Shown here: positions 12,741 through 22,550 of the stretch, in pieces
Position numbering within the stretch: position 1 is the stretch's first letter
Layout of the letters: each line of letters starts with the position of its first letter
NCBI GenBank assembly: GCA_963829055.1
Contig: CAWHHI010000016.1
Span: 544,001 to 608,000 of the forward strand
Length of the DNA: 64,000 bases
Direction of reading: 5' to 3'
Source: an uncultured Gemmatimonadaceae bacterium
GTDB lineage: Bacteria; Gemmatimonadota; Gemmatimonadetes; Gemmatimonadales; Gemmatimonadaceae
Position numbers and translations under genes: made by a program
Notes under the pieces: generated by a model
Databases searched by the model: none
What the model was told of the DNA's origin: nothing
The model's input: only the letters and a program-made list of their open reading frames with translations

Positions 12741-15162
12741 TGGCCACAGCTGACGAACGCGACCGATCGACACCGCCTGACGCGGCGCCTCACGAATCGG
12801 CGCCGCGCTTCGCGCTCGGCTGGGCGTTGCTCGTCTACGCGATCGCGGTCCTCATGCTGGCGTACCCGGCGCTCGGCGGGGGATTCCTCGTGAATCCGCA
12901 CAGCGACCAGTACATCGCCGGCTACGCCTTCCGGGACTATGCCGCGCAGTACATGCGCACGCACGGGGGATTCCCGCTCTGGAACCCGTACCTCTACGGA
13001 GGAATGCCGTACGTCGCCGCGATGCACGGCGACATCTTCTATCCGACGTTCCTGCTGCGGCTCGTGCTGCCCACCGATGTGGCGATGACGTGGTCGTTCA
13101 TCCTCCACGTTTTTCTGGCCGGAGTCTTCGCGTACGTCTTCCTTCGGGCCTGCGGTGTCGGGTTCTACGGCGCGCTCGTAGGCGGGCTGGCCTACATGAT
13201 GGGAGGAAACGTCGCCGGATTGGTGTCTCCGGGCCACGACGGGAAGTTGTATATCAGCGCGCTCTTGCCGCTCACGCTGCTTCTCGTACTGCGCGGGGTT
13301 CATGACGGACGGAGGTGGGCGTGGGGCGCTCTCGCACTCGTCGTGGGACTTGCCGTCCTCAGTCCGCATCCGCAACTGCTGCAGTATCTGCTGCTCGCGG
13401 CCGGCGCGTTCGCGCTCTACCTCGCGTTCGCCGAGTTCGGTGGCATTACGCTCGACGCGTCGAGTCGCCATTCGGCGGCTCGCAATGGCGGCAGGCGCGA
13501 TTGTGCTTGGCGGCGCCATCGGGGCGATCCAGTATCTGCCCGTGCGCGAATACGTGCCATTCTCGCCGCGCGCAGGAGGGAAGGGATGGGAGCACGCGAT
13601 CTCGTACTCGATGCCGCCTGAAGAACTGCTCAATACGTACCTGCCACAGTTCACGGGGATGCTCGACCGGTACTGGGGCCGGAACGGCATCCACTTTCAC
13701 AGCGAGTACATCGGCGCCGTCGTGTTGGTGCTGGCCGGCCTCGGCCTCGGGTGGTCCGCCACGCGCGGTGGTAGAAAGTTCGTGTGGTTCTGGTTAGGCA
13801 CGCTCGTGATCTCGGTGCTCTGGGCGCTCGGCGGGTACACCCCGTTCTATCACATCGTCTACGCGATCGTTCCGGGAACCAAGTTCTTCCGCGCGCCGAG
13901 CACCATGCTCTACATCGTCTCGTTCAGCGTCGCTGTGCTCGCAGCGTGCGGCATGGACCGCGTCGTGAATGGGCACGTACGGCGCAGGTACATGCTCGGC
14001 TGGCTCGGCGCCGGGTTACTGTTTGCGGTCCTCGGCATGAGCGGCGGACTGACGAACCTGGCGGCGGGTATCGCGACGCCCGAGCGCGCAGATGCTGTGT
14101 TCGCAAACTCCGCCGATCTCGCGTTCGGCTCGATCCGCTCGTTCGCGTTCGTAGCCATCGCCGTCGGCATAATCTGGGCGGTCACGACCCGTCGGCTTCC
14201 GCGTGCCGTGGGCGCTTCGATCATCGTTGCCGCTACCGCCGCCGATTTGTGGACGATAGAGCGGTCGTACTGGATGTTCTCGCCGCCGGCGTCGAAGCTG
14301 TACGCCGAAGACGAGACGATCCGCTACATGAAGAGCCAGCCGCAGCCAGGCCGAGTCATCCCGCTGCCCTTGAGCGACGACTTCGCCCGCGGCGACCCGT
14401 TCCTTCGCCCGGGTGGACAGGCGAATGGGCTCATGGTCCACGGTATCCGTGATGTTCTGGGCTATCACGGCAACCAGCTTGGTCGCTACAGCGATCTACT
14501 CGGGCTCGATGAGGGCGGTCGTCAGATCGTGAACCCGAACTTCTGGGCGCTGACGAACGCGCGCTACTGGCTATCGAACACGGACAGCTTGCCGATACCG
14601 GGGCGCGCCGCGTGGTCGGGCCGACTCGGGACGCCGCAGGAACGACGGTCTATCTCTTCGAGCTGCCGGGCGACAATCCATTCGCCTGGCTGGCTCCGGT
14701 GATCGTGAAGTTTCCGGACGATCAGGTGTTCAAGGCTCGTGCTCGATCCCGCGCTTCGACGTTCGACAGGCCGCGTTATTCGACACGGGGGCGACCGTCA
14801 CCGCTCGTGTCGTCTCATCAGCTCTTCCGCCGCCGCTCACGCAGAAGGTGACTACGACGCGTTACGAGCCGGGCCGGATCACTCTGTCACTCGACGCTCC
14901 AGCGCCGGCTGGCGCGGCTCTCCTGGTCTCCGAGAACTACTACCCTGGCTGGAAGGCGACGGCGAACGGCCAGCCGGCCAAGGTCGGTCGCGCCGACTAC
15001 TCCTTGATTGGCGTCGAGCTGCCAGCTGGAGCGAGGACTATCGAGCTCAGCTTCGACAGCGCGCCGTATCACACGGGCAAGGCCGTGACCCTCATCGCGC
15101 TCGCGCTCTCGGTGATCTGGTGGCTTGTGGGGGCCTTTGCGGAGCGAAGATCGCGTGTCTGA
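12737..15162 (+). CDS. YfhO-family (GT-C-like) membrane protein; frameshifts near 13450, 14610, 14740 and 14820
   Basis: PLWNPYLYGGMP, many TM segments, FFRAPS, VLGYHG, C-terminal LLVSENYYPGWKATANG...GVELPAG. Confidence 0.85.
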
Positions 15163-15877
15163 TCGGGCACTGGTCATCGTTCCGACGTACAACGAACGCG
15201 AGAACATCCGGCCGCTCGTTGAAAACGTGCTGGCGAAGGATGCGCGGATCGACATGCTCGTGGTCGACGACGGATCTCCGGATGGCACGGGCGCTATCGT
15301 CGACGAAATTGCGGCCGCGAATCCGCGGGTCTTCGTGCTCCACCGACCGTCGAAATTGGGGTTGGGAACCGCGTACCTGGAGGGCTTCAAGTGGGCGCTC
15401 GAGCGCGAGTACGAGTTCGTGTTCGAGATGGACGCCGACTTCTCGCACAACCCCGATCATTTGCCTGAGTTTCTGCGGCGCATCGTCGACGCGGACCTGG
15501 TACTCGGCTCCCGCTATCGAAACGGCCGCGTGACGGTGGTGAACTGGCCGATGTCTCGGCTCCTCCTGAGCTATGCAGCCAACATCTACGCCCGCGCGGT
15601 CACCGGACTGCAGCTGTTCGATTCGACCGGCGGCTTCAAGTGCTTTCGCCGGAGAGTACTTGAAGCCATCGATCTAAACGCTGTAAAATCAAACGGGTAC
15701 GCGTTTCAGATCGAGATGAGCTTCAGGGCCTGGAAGAAGGGATTTCGCATCGCGGAGATCCCGATCGTGTTCGTTGATCGGACGGAGGGCGAGAGCAAGA
15801 TGTCGAAGCGCATCGTTCGCGAGGCGGTGTGGATGGTGTGGCGACTTCGCTGGTGGGCGATCACGGGGAAAGTCTGA
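15155..15877 (+). CDS. Polyprenol monophosphomannose synthase (Ppm1/DPM1-like GT2)
   Basis: VPTYNERENI, VDDGSPDGTG, KLGLGTAY, MDADFSH, SNGYAFQIE, GESKMS. Confidence 0.9.
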   Translation: MSDRALVIVPTYNERENIRPLVENVLAKDARIDMLVVDDGSPDGTGAIVDEIAAANPRVFVLHRPSKLGLGTAYLEGFKWALEREYEFVFEMDADFSHNPDHLPEFLRRIVDADLVLGSRYRNGRVTVVNWPMSRLLLSYAANIYARAVTGLQLFDSTGGFKCFRRRVLEAIDLNAVKSNGYAFQIEMSFRAWKKGFRIAEIPIVFVDRTEGESKMSKRIVREAVWMVWRLRWWAITGKV

Positions 15878-15920
15878 CACACCACAGCACGACACGGACT
15901 GAGGAGAGCTAGCGCATCTC

Positions 15921-16748
15921 ATGACGCGATACGGCCGTGCCTTCTTCAAGCTGTCGGGATCCGGCAATGACTTCGTCTTTGTCGATGCCCGACGCGAGCC
16001 GCCCGGACGGCTCGAGCATGCGGACGTCGTGGAAGCGTTGTGCGCGCGCGGGACTGGCATCGGCGCGGATGGAATTGTGTTCTTCGAGCCGGGCTCGAAC
16101 GAAGGAGAGCGGTTCTCGATTCGCTATTTGAATCGGGACGGGTCACTCGCAATGCTGTGCGGAAACGCGTCGCTGTGCAGTGTGCGCCTCGCCGCGGAGC
16201 TCGGCATCGTGAAGGCGGGAGAGGATTTCGTGTTCGGCACCAGTGCCGGTCTTGCTCGGGGCCGGCTCACGGCCAGCGGACCAGAAATCGACCTGCAGCC
16301 GGTGACTGAGCTGCAAGCAGAAGCGCCATTCGACCCGAGAGCAGGCGAGCGTCGGATCGGCTTTGCCATGGTCGGCGTGCCGCACGTCGTCGTTCTGTGC
16401 GACGACATCGAGTCCGTGGACGTCGTTGGCCGCGGGAAACCGATCCGCTACGATCCCGGTTTGCAGGCTGGTGCGAACGTCAACTTCGTGGGTCGAGATG
16501 GCGCTGGCTGGGCAATGCGGACCTATGAGCGAGGCGTGGAGGCGGAGACGCTCGCGTGCGGGACTGGATCAGTCGCCACAGCCGCGTTGCTTGCGAGCTG
16601 GGGCGAATCCGGGAACGCGACAGAGATTCGAACGCGTTCAGGTTTGCCACTGAGGATTCGCTTCCGCGAAACCGCACCCGGAGTTGTCACGCCGTCACTG
16701 GCAGGCGAGGGGCGGATCGTGTTTCGAGGCGAGCTCGTCGAGGATTGA
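15921..16748 (+). CDS. dapF: Diaminopimelate epimerase
   Basis: GSGNDF, GIGADG, NRDGS.AMLCGN, GVPH, RTYERGVEAETLACGTG. Confidence 0.96.
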   Translation: MTRYGRAFFKLSGSGNDFVFVDARREPPGRLEHADVVEALCARGTGIGADGIVFFEPGSNEGERFSIRYLNRDGSLAMLCGNASLCSVRLAAELGIVKAGEDFVFGTSAGLARGRLTASGPEIDLQPVTELQAEAPFDPRAGERRIGFAMVGVPHVVVLCDDIESVDVVGRGKPIRYDPGLQAGANVNFVGRDGAGWAMRTYERGVEAETLACGTGSVATAALLASWGESGNATEIRTRSGLPLRIRFRETAPGVVTPSLAGEGRIVFRGELVED

Positions 16749-16790
16749 GGGAACAGCCTGCGGGGATTTCCCACAGTTCTCCACGCTGCT

Positions 16791-16818
16791 AGTTTACATA
16801 ATACATATTATAAGTATA
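16791..16818 (-). other. dif site (XerCD chromosome dimer resolution)
   Basis: Minus strand TATACTTATAA-TATGTA-TTATGTAAACT, 11-6-11 architecture; XerD arm equals the Bacillus-type TTATGTAAACT; AT-rich island where gene orientation converges. Confidence 0.9.
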
Positions 16819-16840
16819 TGGCTGCGGCGGCGCTGAGAAA

Positions 16841-16866
16841 GGCGGGCGCTTACCGTAGCGCCCGCC
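16841..16866 (-). terminator. Intrinsic terminator hairpin between convergent genes
   Basis: GGCGGGCGCT-taccgt-AGCGCCCGCC, followed by TTTCTC on the - strand. Confidence 0.65.
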
Positions 16867-16896
16867 GATTCAAGGAAGTGCTTGCTGCGAAAGGCG

Positions 16897-17553
16897 TTAG
16901 CGGCCAGCGGGCGTCGCCACGAGCTCACCGAGGCGTACCCGGGCCTCGGCCGCGAAGGTCGACGCATTGTCGTTCGCCAACGCCGACCAGATCTTCGCGG
17001 CCTCTGCCTTGTTGTTCGCAGACGTTAGAGCGCGCGCGGCGTCGGCCATGAATCGGTCCTTGGCGATCTTGGCGTCTGCGAGCCCAGCAGCTGCGCGATA
17101 TCGTTCCGCAGCCTGAACATATTCCTTTTTCTGCTCGAGCCCTGCGCCTTTCAGGGCCTCGAAGGCCGCTTCGTCGGTATCCGACGGCTTGCCGTCGTTC
17201 AGCACCTTGAGGCCGCTATCGGGCTTCCCCTGTTCGTAATACGCCTGCGCGAGCAGCATCGACGCCTGGCTCCCTGCCGCGCTGCCTCCGAACCTCGTGA
17301 TGACACGCTTGAGGTCGGTTTGCGCGAGCGGAAGATTGCCCTGGCCGTAACTCTGACGCGCACGGTTCAACGCTACCTCGGCCGCGTCGGCCTGCCGTTC
17401 GCGCCACTGCTTCGCGAAAAACCACGTGGCCGCGGCCAGCGCGATCACGATCGCGGCAATCGCGATCGGCTTGGTGTTTGCCCTCGCCCAATCCATCGCG
17501 GATTCCGTCCGGTCGTCGAACGCGGGCCCTGCTGCTGCTCCGGTCTTCGTCAT
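16897..17553 (-). CDS. Membrane-anchored tetratricopeptide protein (YfgM-like)
   Basis: Single N-terminal TM helix followed by TPR-like helices (LLAQAYYEQGK, AEARVRLGEL). Confidence 0.7.
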   Translation of the reverse strand: MTKTGAAAGPAFDDRTESAMDWARANTKPIAIAAIVIALAAATWFFAKQWRERQADAAEVALNRARQSYGQGNLPLAQTDLKRVITRFGGSAAGSQASMLLAQAYYEQGKPDSGLKVLNDGKPSDTDEAAFEALKGAGLEQKKEYVQAAERYRAAAGLADAKIAKDRFMADAARALTSANNKAEAAKIWSALANDNASTFAAEARVRLGELVATPAGR

Positions 17554-17596
17554 TGCTCTTCAGGTGGGTGAATATCGTTTCGGCGCGTGCGCCCGA

Positions 17597-17670
17597 TGCC
17601 CCTGGCGTGACTCGAACACGCGACCAACGGTTTAGGAAACCGCTGCTCTATCCATCTGAGCTACAGGGGC
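17597..17670 (-). tRNA. tRNA-Arg(CCT)
   Basis: GCCCCTGTAGCTCAGATGGATAGAGCAGCGGTTTCCTAAACCGTTGGTCGCGTGTTCGAGTCACGCCAGGGGCA; cloverleaf with anticodon CCT; CCA not encoded. Confidence 0.96.
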
Positions 17671-17794
17671 GTAGCTGGCATGGCGCGGCCGCTCAGCGTG
17701 CCGGACCACTGCGCCCGACGCCCTCAGCCAGACCGACAAAGTTATTGGAGCAAGCTGCCATACGAAAGCCGTAACCGCCCTCTGGGCGTGGCTT

Positions 17795-18343
17795 CTAGTA
17801 GGCCAGTACGGACTCGATTCGCCTGCCTCCCAGCCGCGTGGCGCCGTCGAGAAATCCGAGCGCGATCAGAAACGTGCACCCCGCGACCTGGCCGCCGACA
17901 GACTCGATCAGCTCGCAGGCCGCGGCCGCGGTGCCGCCAGTCGCGAGCACGTCATCGACGATCAGGACACTCCCACGCTCTCGGCAAGCATCGATGTGCA
18001 CCTCGAGCGCGTCGGTGCCGTATTCGAGCGCATAGGTGACGCGACGCGTGGTGTATGGCAGCTTCCCGACCTTCCGGATCGGCACGATGCCGACCCCCAA
18101 CGCGGCGGCGATCGGTCCGCCGAGGAGGAAGCCGCGGCTCTCGATGGCCGCGACGAGACCGACGCCGCTATCCGCAAACGGAGCCGCCATGAGCTCACAC
18201 GCGTCGCGAAATAACTGGCCATCGGCGAGGAGCGGCGTGATGTCCTTGAAGACGATCCCTGGCTTGGGAAAGTCCTGGACGTCGCGTATCGCGGAACGGA
18301 GGCCCTCGCTGCGCGGGTTCAACGGCTGGGTGGTTGGTGCCAC
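17795..18343 (-). CDS. apt: Adenine phosphoribosyltransferase
   Basis: DFPKPGIVFKDITPLL, IESRGF, YALEYG, VDDVLATGGT. Confidence 0.96.
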   Translation of the reverse strand: MAPTTQPLNPRSEGLRSAIRDVQDFPKPGIVFKDITPLLADGQLFRDACELMAAPFADSGVGLVAAIESRGFLLGGPIAAALGVGIVPIRKVGKLPYTTRRVTYALEYGTDALEVHIDACRERGSVLIVDDVLATGGTAAAACELIESVGGQVAGCTFLIALGFLDGATRLGGRRIESVLAY

Positions 18344-18353
18344 GATGTCTCGG

Positions 18354-18629
18354 CTATCTCATCACGGTGAACGGCCGCGGGAGTTCGTCGAGATCCGCGC
18401 AAGGAAGCTCCGCAACGTGATCAACGCGGGCGCCGGGAGGGCCCATACGAGCGGCAACAAGCAAATCGGCTATCGCCGTGTCGGATCCTGCCGCGGCGAT
18501 CTCCACCCGCCCGTCCGCGCGGTTCTTGACCCACCCGGCGAGCCCCGCGCGACGTGCCGCTTCCCGCACGAACCACCGAAATCCGACGCCCTGGACCTTT
18601 CCCCCGACCTCGAGATGAACCGTCGTCAC
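18354..18629 (-). CDS. acyP: Acylphosphatase
   Basis: GKVQGVGFR, GWVKNRADGRVE, GPPGARV; GTG start at 18629. Confidence 0.92.
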   Translation of the reverse strand: MTTVHLEVGGKVQGVGFRWFVREAARRAGLAGWVKNRADGRVEIAAAGSDTAIADLLVAARMGPPGARVDHVAELPCADLDELPRPFTVMR

Positions 18630-18636
18630 CCTGCCT

Positions 18637-19996
18637 CTAGCGGCTGCTCGACCCTCCCAGGAGCGCGGCGAGGACAGAAGCCAGAACAGCGGCGTCGGTC
18701 GCATCGGGCGCCACGGACGAGACGTCAATCTCGCCGCCGCGCACTCGCTCCGCCAGCCGATCGAGCGTCGCCGAGATGCGCATTCCCGCCGCCACTCGGC
18801 GATCCAGCTCGCCGACCGGCTCGGCGCGTTCGACCGCAAGCGGCTGAGCCACGTGCAACAGACTCGCTCGCCATGGACAGTTCGGCGACCGGCTCGTATG
18901 GCAATAGCGTAAGGTCCGATCCAGCTGACGTTTCCGTTTCCGCGTCGGCGTGTACGATGTCGATCCGTCCGCTGGGCGCCGGGAGCGTCGGTGGCATCAC
19001 AGCGAGATAGGCCGGTGTCTCGCGAGAGACCGAGACGTACGGCGCGTACTCAGCCAGCAGCGGATCGGGCCAACTCTCCGTTTCGACCACGGCGGTCGTA
19101 AACGGTGTCATCGGTGTCGGTTCTCCGTTGCTGACGGGCTCACTCACCGCCGAAGACGTCAGGCGCGGATGGGGCGTCTCGGCAGTCGTTTCCGCGGCGT
19201 CGCCTAACGGCGAGATCGTGGCCGCGCTGGAGGCAATGACATCGTCCGCGGAAGGGATGCCAGGCGCGTCGGACCAATCGAGGTCCGCGTCCAGTGTGGC
19301 GGCGACATTGCTGGCACCCTCGCTGTCATCGGCGTGCCATACCGGCATTCCGATTTCAGCCGTCGGCCATCCTCCATCGCCATCCCTGTTCTGCTCGTCA
19401 GGCACGTGCTCGGCCAACGCCGGGGCATCCGGAGCGACCATGTCGTGCGTCCAGACGTAGTCCCCTTCTCCGCCGCCAGTGCCTAACGATGCCTCGTCGA
19501 TCGCGGACGGTGTCAGCGTCTCCAACGGTTGACTGTCGGTCAACGGTCGACTGTCGGTCGCATCCACACCGTTCCACGCCGCCTCGAATGCATCGACGGC
19601 GTCCAGCGCGACCATCTCACTCGTCACAGGACGGCGCGACGGCGCGACTTCAACGATGGCTGCCTCGAGTGCCGACGTAATGCCCTCGGCGTGCGCCTCG
19701 GCACTGGTCGCCGTCGAAGCCACAATGACTGGGTGAGGCACGGCAGGCTGCTCAGGCGCGGAAGCAGCTTCGACGGCCACGAGCGTTTCTGCCGGACGGA
19801 GCGGCGGCGCGTTGGCGCCTAACGCCGGACGCCCCGCGGACGGCGGAGCGAATGGCCCATTCGCCGGTCGTGCGGCGGGAGCAGCTGGTCGGGAAAATGG
19901 CCGCGGTGACGTCGCGGCGCCCGTGGGGCCGGCGAATGGGCGTGCGCCGCGACGGGCAGCGGCGATCTTCGTATCGTCGATCTTCTGTTCGGCCAT
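18637..19996 (-). CDS. Hypothetical low-complexity acidic Pro/Ala protein with short helical C-terminus; frameshift near 18860
   Basis: Long ORF filling the pcm-acyP gap; the second frame gives LDRLAERVRGGEIDV...VLASVLAALLG. Confidence 0.6.
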
Positions 19997-20051
19997 CCGG
20001 ATAGCTCCCGACTGAGTGCTCGCGAAGCGAAGCGGCAGCCGGTGGGTCAGC

Positions 20052-20708
20052 TCATCCTTGCCACCCGTGCGTGCCCAAGAGCGGGACGAACCTGACGGGC
20101 GCGATGTCACGACGCGTGATCGCGCCATTGTGACGCTGGACACTCACGAGCACCTGTTCGTCTTTCGTGCCGAGCGGAATCAACAACGTTCCGCCTTCGG
20201 CAAGTTGGTCGATCAACGGTTGCGGTATGTCAGGCGCGCCCGCACTCACGAGGATCGCGTCGTAAGGTGCATACTCGCGCCAACCGATGGTCCCGTCGCC
20301 GAGCAGCATCGAGACGTTGCGCACATCGAGTTCCCGTAGAATCTCACGCGCCTTTTCGTACAGCGCGGGGACACGCTCGATGGAGAACACCTGCGCGGCC
20401 AGATGAGACAGGAGCGCAGTCTGGTATCCTGTCCCGGTGCCCACCTCGAGGACACGTTCCTTCCCCGATAACTGCAGAAGCTCGAGGTAGCGCGCGTGGA
20501 CAGACGGCTGCGAGATCGTCTGCCCATTCCCGATCGGCAACGCCGAGTCTTCATACGCACGATGTCGAACGCCCGTGGGTACGAACTGATGACGCGGCGT
20601 GGCATCGATCGCCTTCAGCACCGAAAGATCACGGATGCCGTTCGCCTGCAACGTTTCGACGAGGCGACGGCGCGCGCCTCGGAATTCCGGACCTACAGTT
20701 CCCGCCAC
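20052..20708 (-). CDS. pcm: Protein-L-isoaspartate O-methyltransferase
   Basis: PRHQFV, AYED.ALPIG.GQTISQP, VLEVGTGTGYQ, APYDAI, VRFVPL. Confidence 0.96.
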   Translation of the reverse strand: MAGTVGPEFRGARRRLVETLQANGIRDLSVLKAIDATPRHQFVPTGVRHRAYEDSALPIGNGQTISQPSVHARYLELLQLSGKERVLEVGTGTGYQTALLSHLAAQVFSIERVPALYEKAREILRELDVRNVSMLLGDGTIGWREYAPYDAILVSAGAPDIPQPLIDQLAEGGTLLIPLGTKDEQVLVSVQRHNGAITRRDIAPVRFVPLLGTHGWQG

Positions 20709-21457
20709 CAGCTCTCCGAGGATTCGAGCATGTCACGATGCGTGAGGTCGAGGTGCAACGGCGTCACGGACACGTACCCCTCGTCGACCGCGCGAAAATC
20801 CGATCCGGCCCCACTTGCTTCCCAGTTGATGGAACCACCACCGATCCAGTAGATGCTTCGCCCCCATGGATCCTGCATCGGGCGCAGCGAATCGGAGTAG
20901 ACTCGACGTCCCAGCCGCGTGAGACGAACGCCACGGATCTCGCTTGCCCGCCGCGGCGGCAGGTTGACGTTCAGCAGCGTGTGCTCCGGAAACTTCGGCA
21001 GCGAGGTCAAGTGCGCGAGCAACGGCGTGAGCACCTCGATCTGGTCATCGAGCAGCGAGGCGTCGGCGCGCAGGTCTCCACCAGCGAACGAGATTGCGAT
21101 GGATGGTATCCCAAGAGCAAGGCCTTCCATCGCGGCCGCCACGGTCCCTGAGTACAGCACGTCCTCGCCCATGTTCTGGCCGTGGTTGATGCCGCTCAGC
21201 ACGTAGTCGGGGCGCTCCGGCATGAGGGCCTCGACTGCAAGCATCACGCAGTCCGTCGGTGTCCCGTCAACCTGGTATCGCCGCTCGCCACGCTTCACGG
21301 GCCGGAGCGGGTGATGCAGCGTCAGCGAATGACTCGTGGCACTCTGTTCGCGATCCGGCGCAACGACCGTGATCTCGCCGAGCGGGTCTGCGGCGCGCAC
21401 CAGACACTCGAGCCCGTAGGCGAGAATGCCGTCGTCGTTCGTGCACAGCAGTCGCAT
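20693..21457 (-). CDS. surE: 5'/3'-nucleotidase SurE
   Basis: TNDDGI, GTPTDCV, SGINHGQN, YSGTVAAAMEG, VSVTPL. Confidence 0.97.
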   Translation of the reverse strand: MRLLCTNDDGILAYGLECLVRAADPLGEITVVAPDREQSATSHSLTLHHPLRPVKRGERRYQVDGTPTDCVMLAVEALMPERPDYVLSGINHGQNMGEDVLYSGTVAAAMEGLALGIPSIAISFAGGDLRADASLLDDQIEVLTPLLAHLTSLPKFPEHTLLNVNLPPRRASEIRGVRLTRLGRRVYSDSLRPMQDPWGRSIYWIGGGSINWEASGAGSDFRAVDEGYVSVTPLHLDLTHRDMLESSESWWREL

Positions 21458-22137
21458 CAGCGTTGTGCTCCCAACCCAAATCGCCAGAGGGTGCCGACAA
21501 TGCGAGCCGAGTCGCGAACAGCTCGGAACTGGCTCGGGACGGTCGTGGGGTATCGCGTCGGCACTGGAACGTAGACAATGCGGTGACCGAGGCGGCCCGC
21601 GAGAATCAACAGCTCGGTCTCGAATTCGTAGCGGTCGCCCTGCGGCTTGATGTCGGAGACGACGTGTGCACGCAATGCACGGAAGCCGCTCTGCGCGTCC
21701 GCCACTGGGCGTCCGATGCAGTGCGCGACCGCTGCCGCCGACAGCCTGTTCGTTAGGCGGCGTCCGACCGGCATCTCGGGAGACCTGCGGTCACGCGCCC
21801 CGATCGCGACATCCGCGCTCTCGAGCGCACGAACCAGCTCCGGCGCGAACGACGGCTCGTGTTGTCCGTCCGCGTCCACGGTGAGCACGACGTCGGCATC
21901 CCGCTCCAGCGCCATGGCGAAGCCCGCACGAAGCGCTGCACCCTTGCCGAGATTTCGCGGAAAGCGACGCGTCTCGTCCGCGACACGGCTCGCGACCGAG
22001 TAGGTCTCGTCCGACGAGCCGTCGTCGATCACGGCTACGAACGCGGCCGGTAAGGCATCACGAAGGCCGGCAACGACGCCAGCAAGTGTCGGAGCCGCAT
22101 TGAGCGCTGGGACAACGCAGGCGACGCGTGCCGTCAC
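21457..22137 (-). CDS. GT2 glycosyltransferase
   Basis: VPALN, IDDGSSDET, NLGKGAAL, DADGQH, DAQSGFR. Confidence 0.88.
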   Translation of the reverse strand: MTARVACVVPALNAAPTLAGVVAGLRDALPAAFVAVIDDGSSDETYSVASRVADETRRFPRNLGKGAALRAGFAMALERDADVVLTVDADGQHEPSFAPELVRALESADVAIGARDRRSPEMPVGRRLTNRLSAAAVAHCIGRPVADAQSGFRALRAHVVSDIKPQGDRYEFETELLILAGRLGHRIVYVPVPTRYPTTVPSQFRAVRDSARIVGTLWRFGLGAQR

Positions 22138-22550
22138 TTGGTGGACGGCTCCGGCTCATTACGACCGGGAGCGGCGTCGGTGGTCTGCGGCGCCTCGGTC
22201 CCATCCAGAACCCGCAGAATTCCCTGAAGCTGCTTCTCGAGATCTCGAATCATCTGCACGTCGAGGGCAGCGCGAGCCTCTGCGCGCAACGAACCTGCGC
22301 GCCGTTGTTCCTCGATACGCTGGCGAGCGCCGTCGATCGTGTACTTCTCCGTGTACAACAGGTGCTTCACGAGCATGATCAGCTCGACTTCGCGCCGCTG
22401 GTACACGCGGTTTCCCGACCGATTTTTCGCCGGATTGAGAAAGCGAAACTGGCTTTCCCAGTAGCGCAGGACGTGTGGCTTGAGATCGGTCAGTGCGCAC
22501 ACGTCTCCGATGGAGAAGAACTCCTGAACCGGCTCTTCTTTGGTCGCCAT
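22134..22550 (-). CDS. MerR-family transcriptional regulator
   Basis: FSIGDV...KPHVLRYWESQF, GNRVY, YTIDGA. Confidence 0.9.
   Translation of the reverse strand: MATKEEPVQEFFSIGDVCALTDLKPHVLRYWESQFRFLNPAKNRSGNRVYQRREVELIMLVKHLLYTEKYTIDGARQRIEEQRRAGSLRAEARAALDVQMIRDLEKQLQGILRVLDGTEAPQTTDAAPGRNEPEPSTK

Noticed and set aside
16745..16790. DnaA boxes / oriC (TTTCCCACA, TTCTCCACG) beside the AT-rich patch
   Set aside because: Matches are degenerate, genes converge rather than diverge, and dif explains the AT-rich patch
17560..17700. Island or prophage integrated at tRNA-Arg
   Set aside because: No integrase, no duplicated tRNA 3' end seen, and the flanks are core genes
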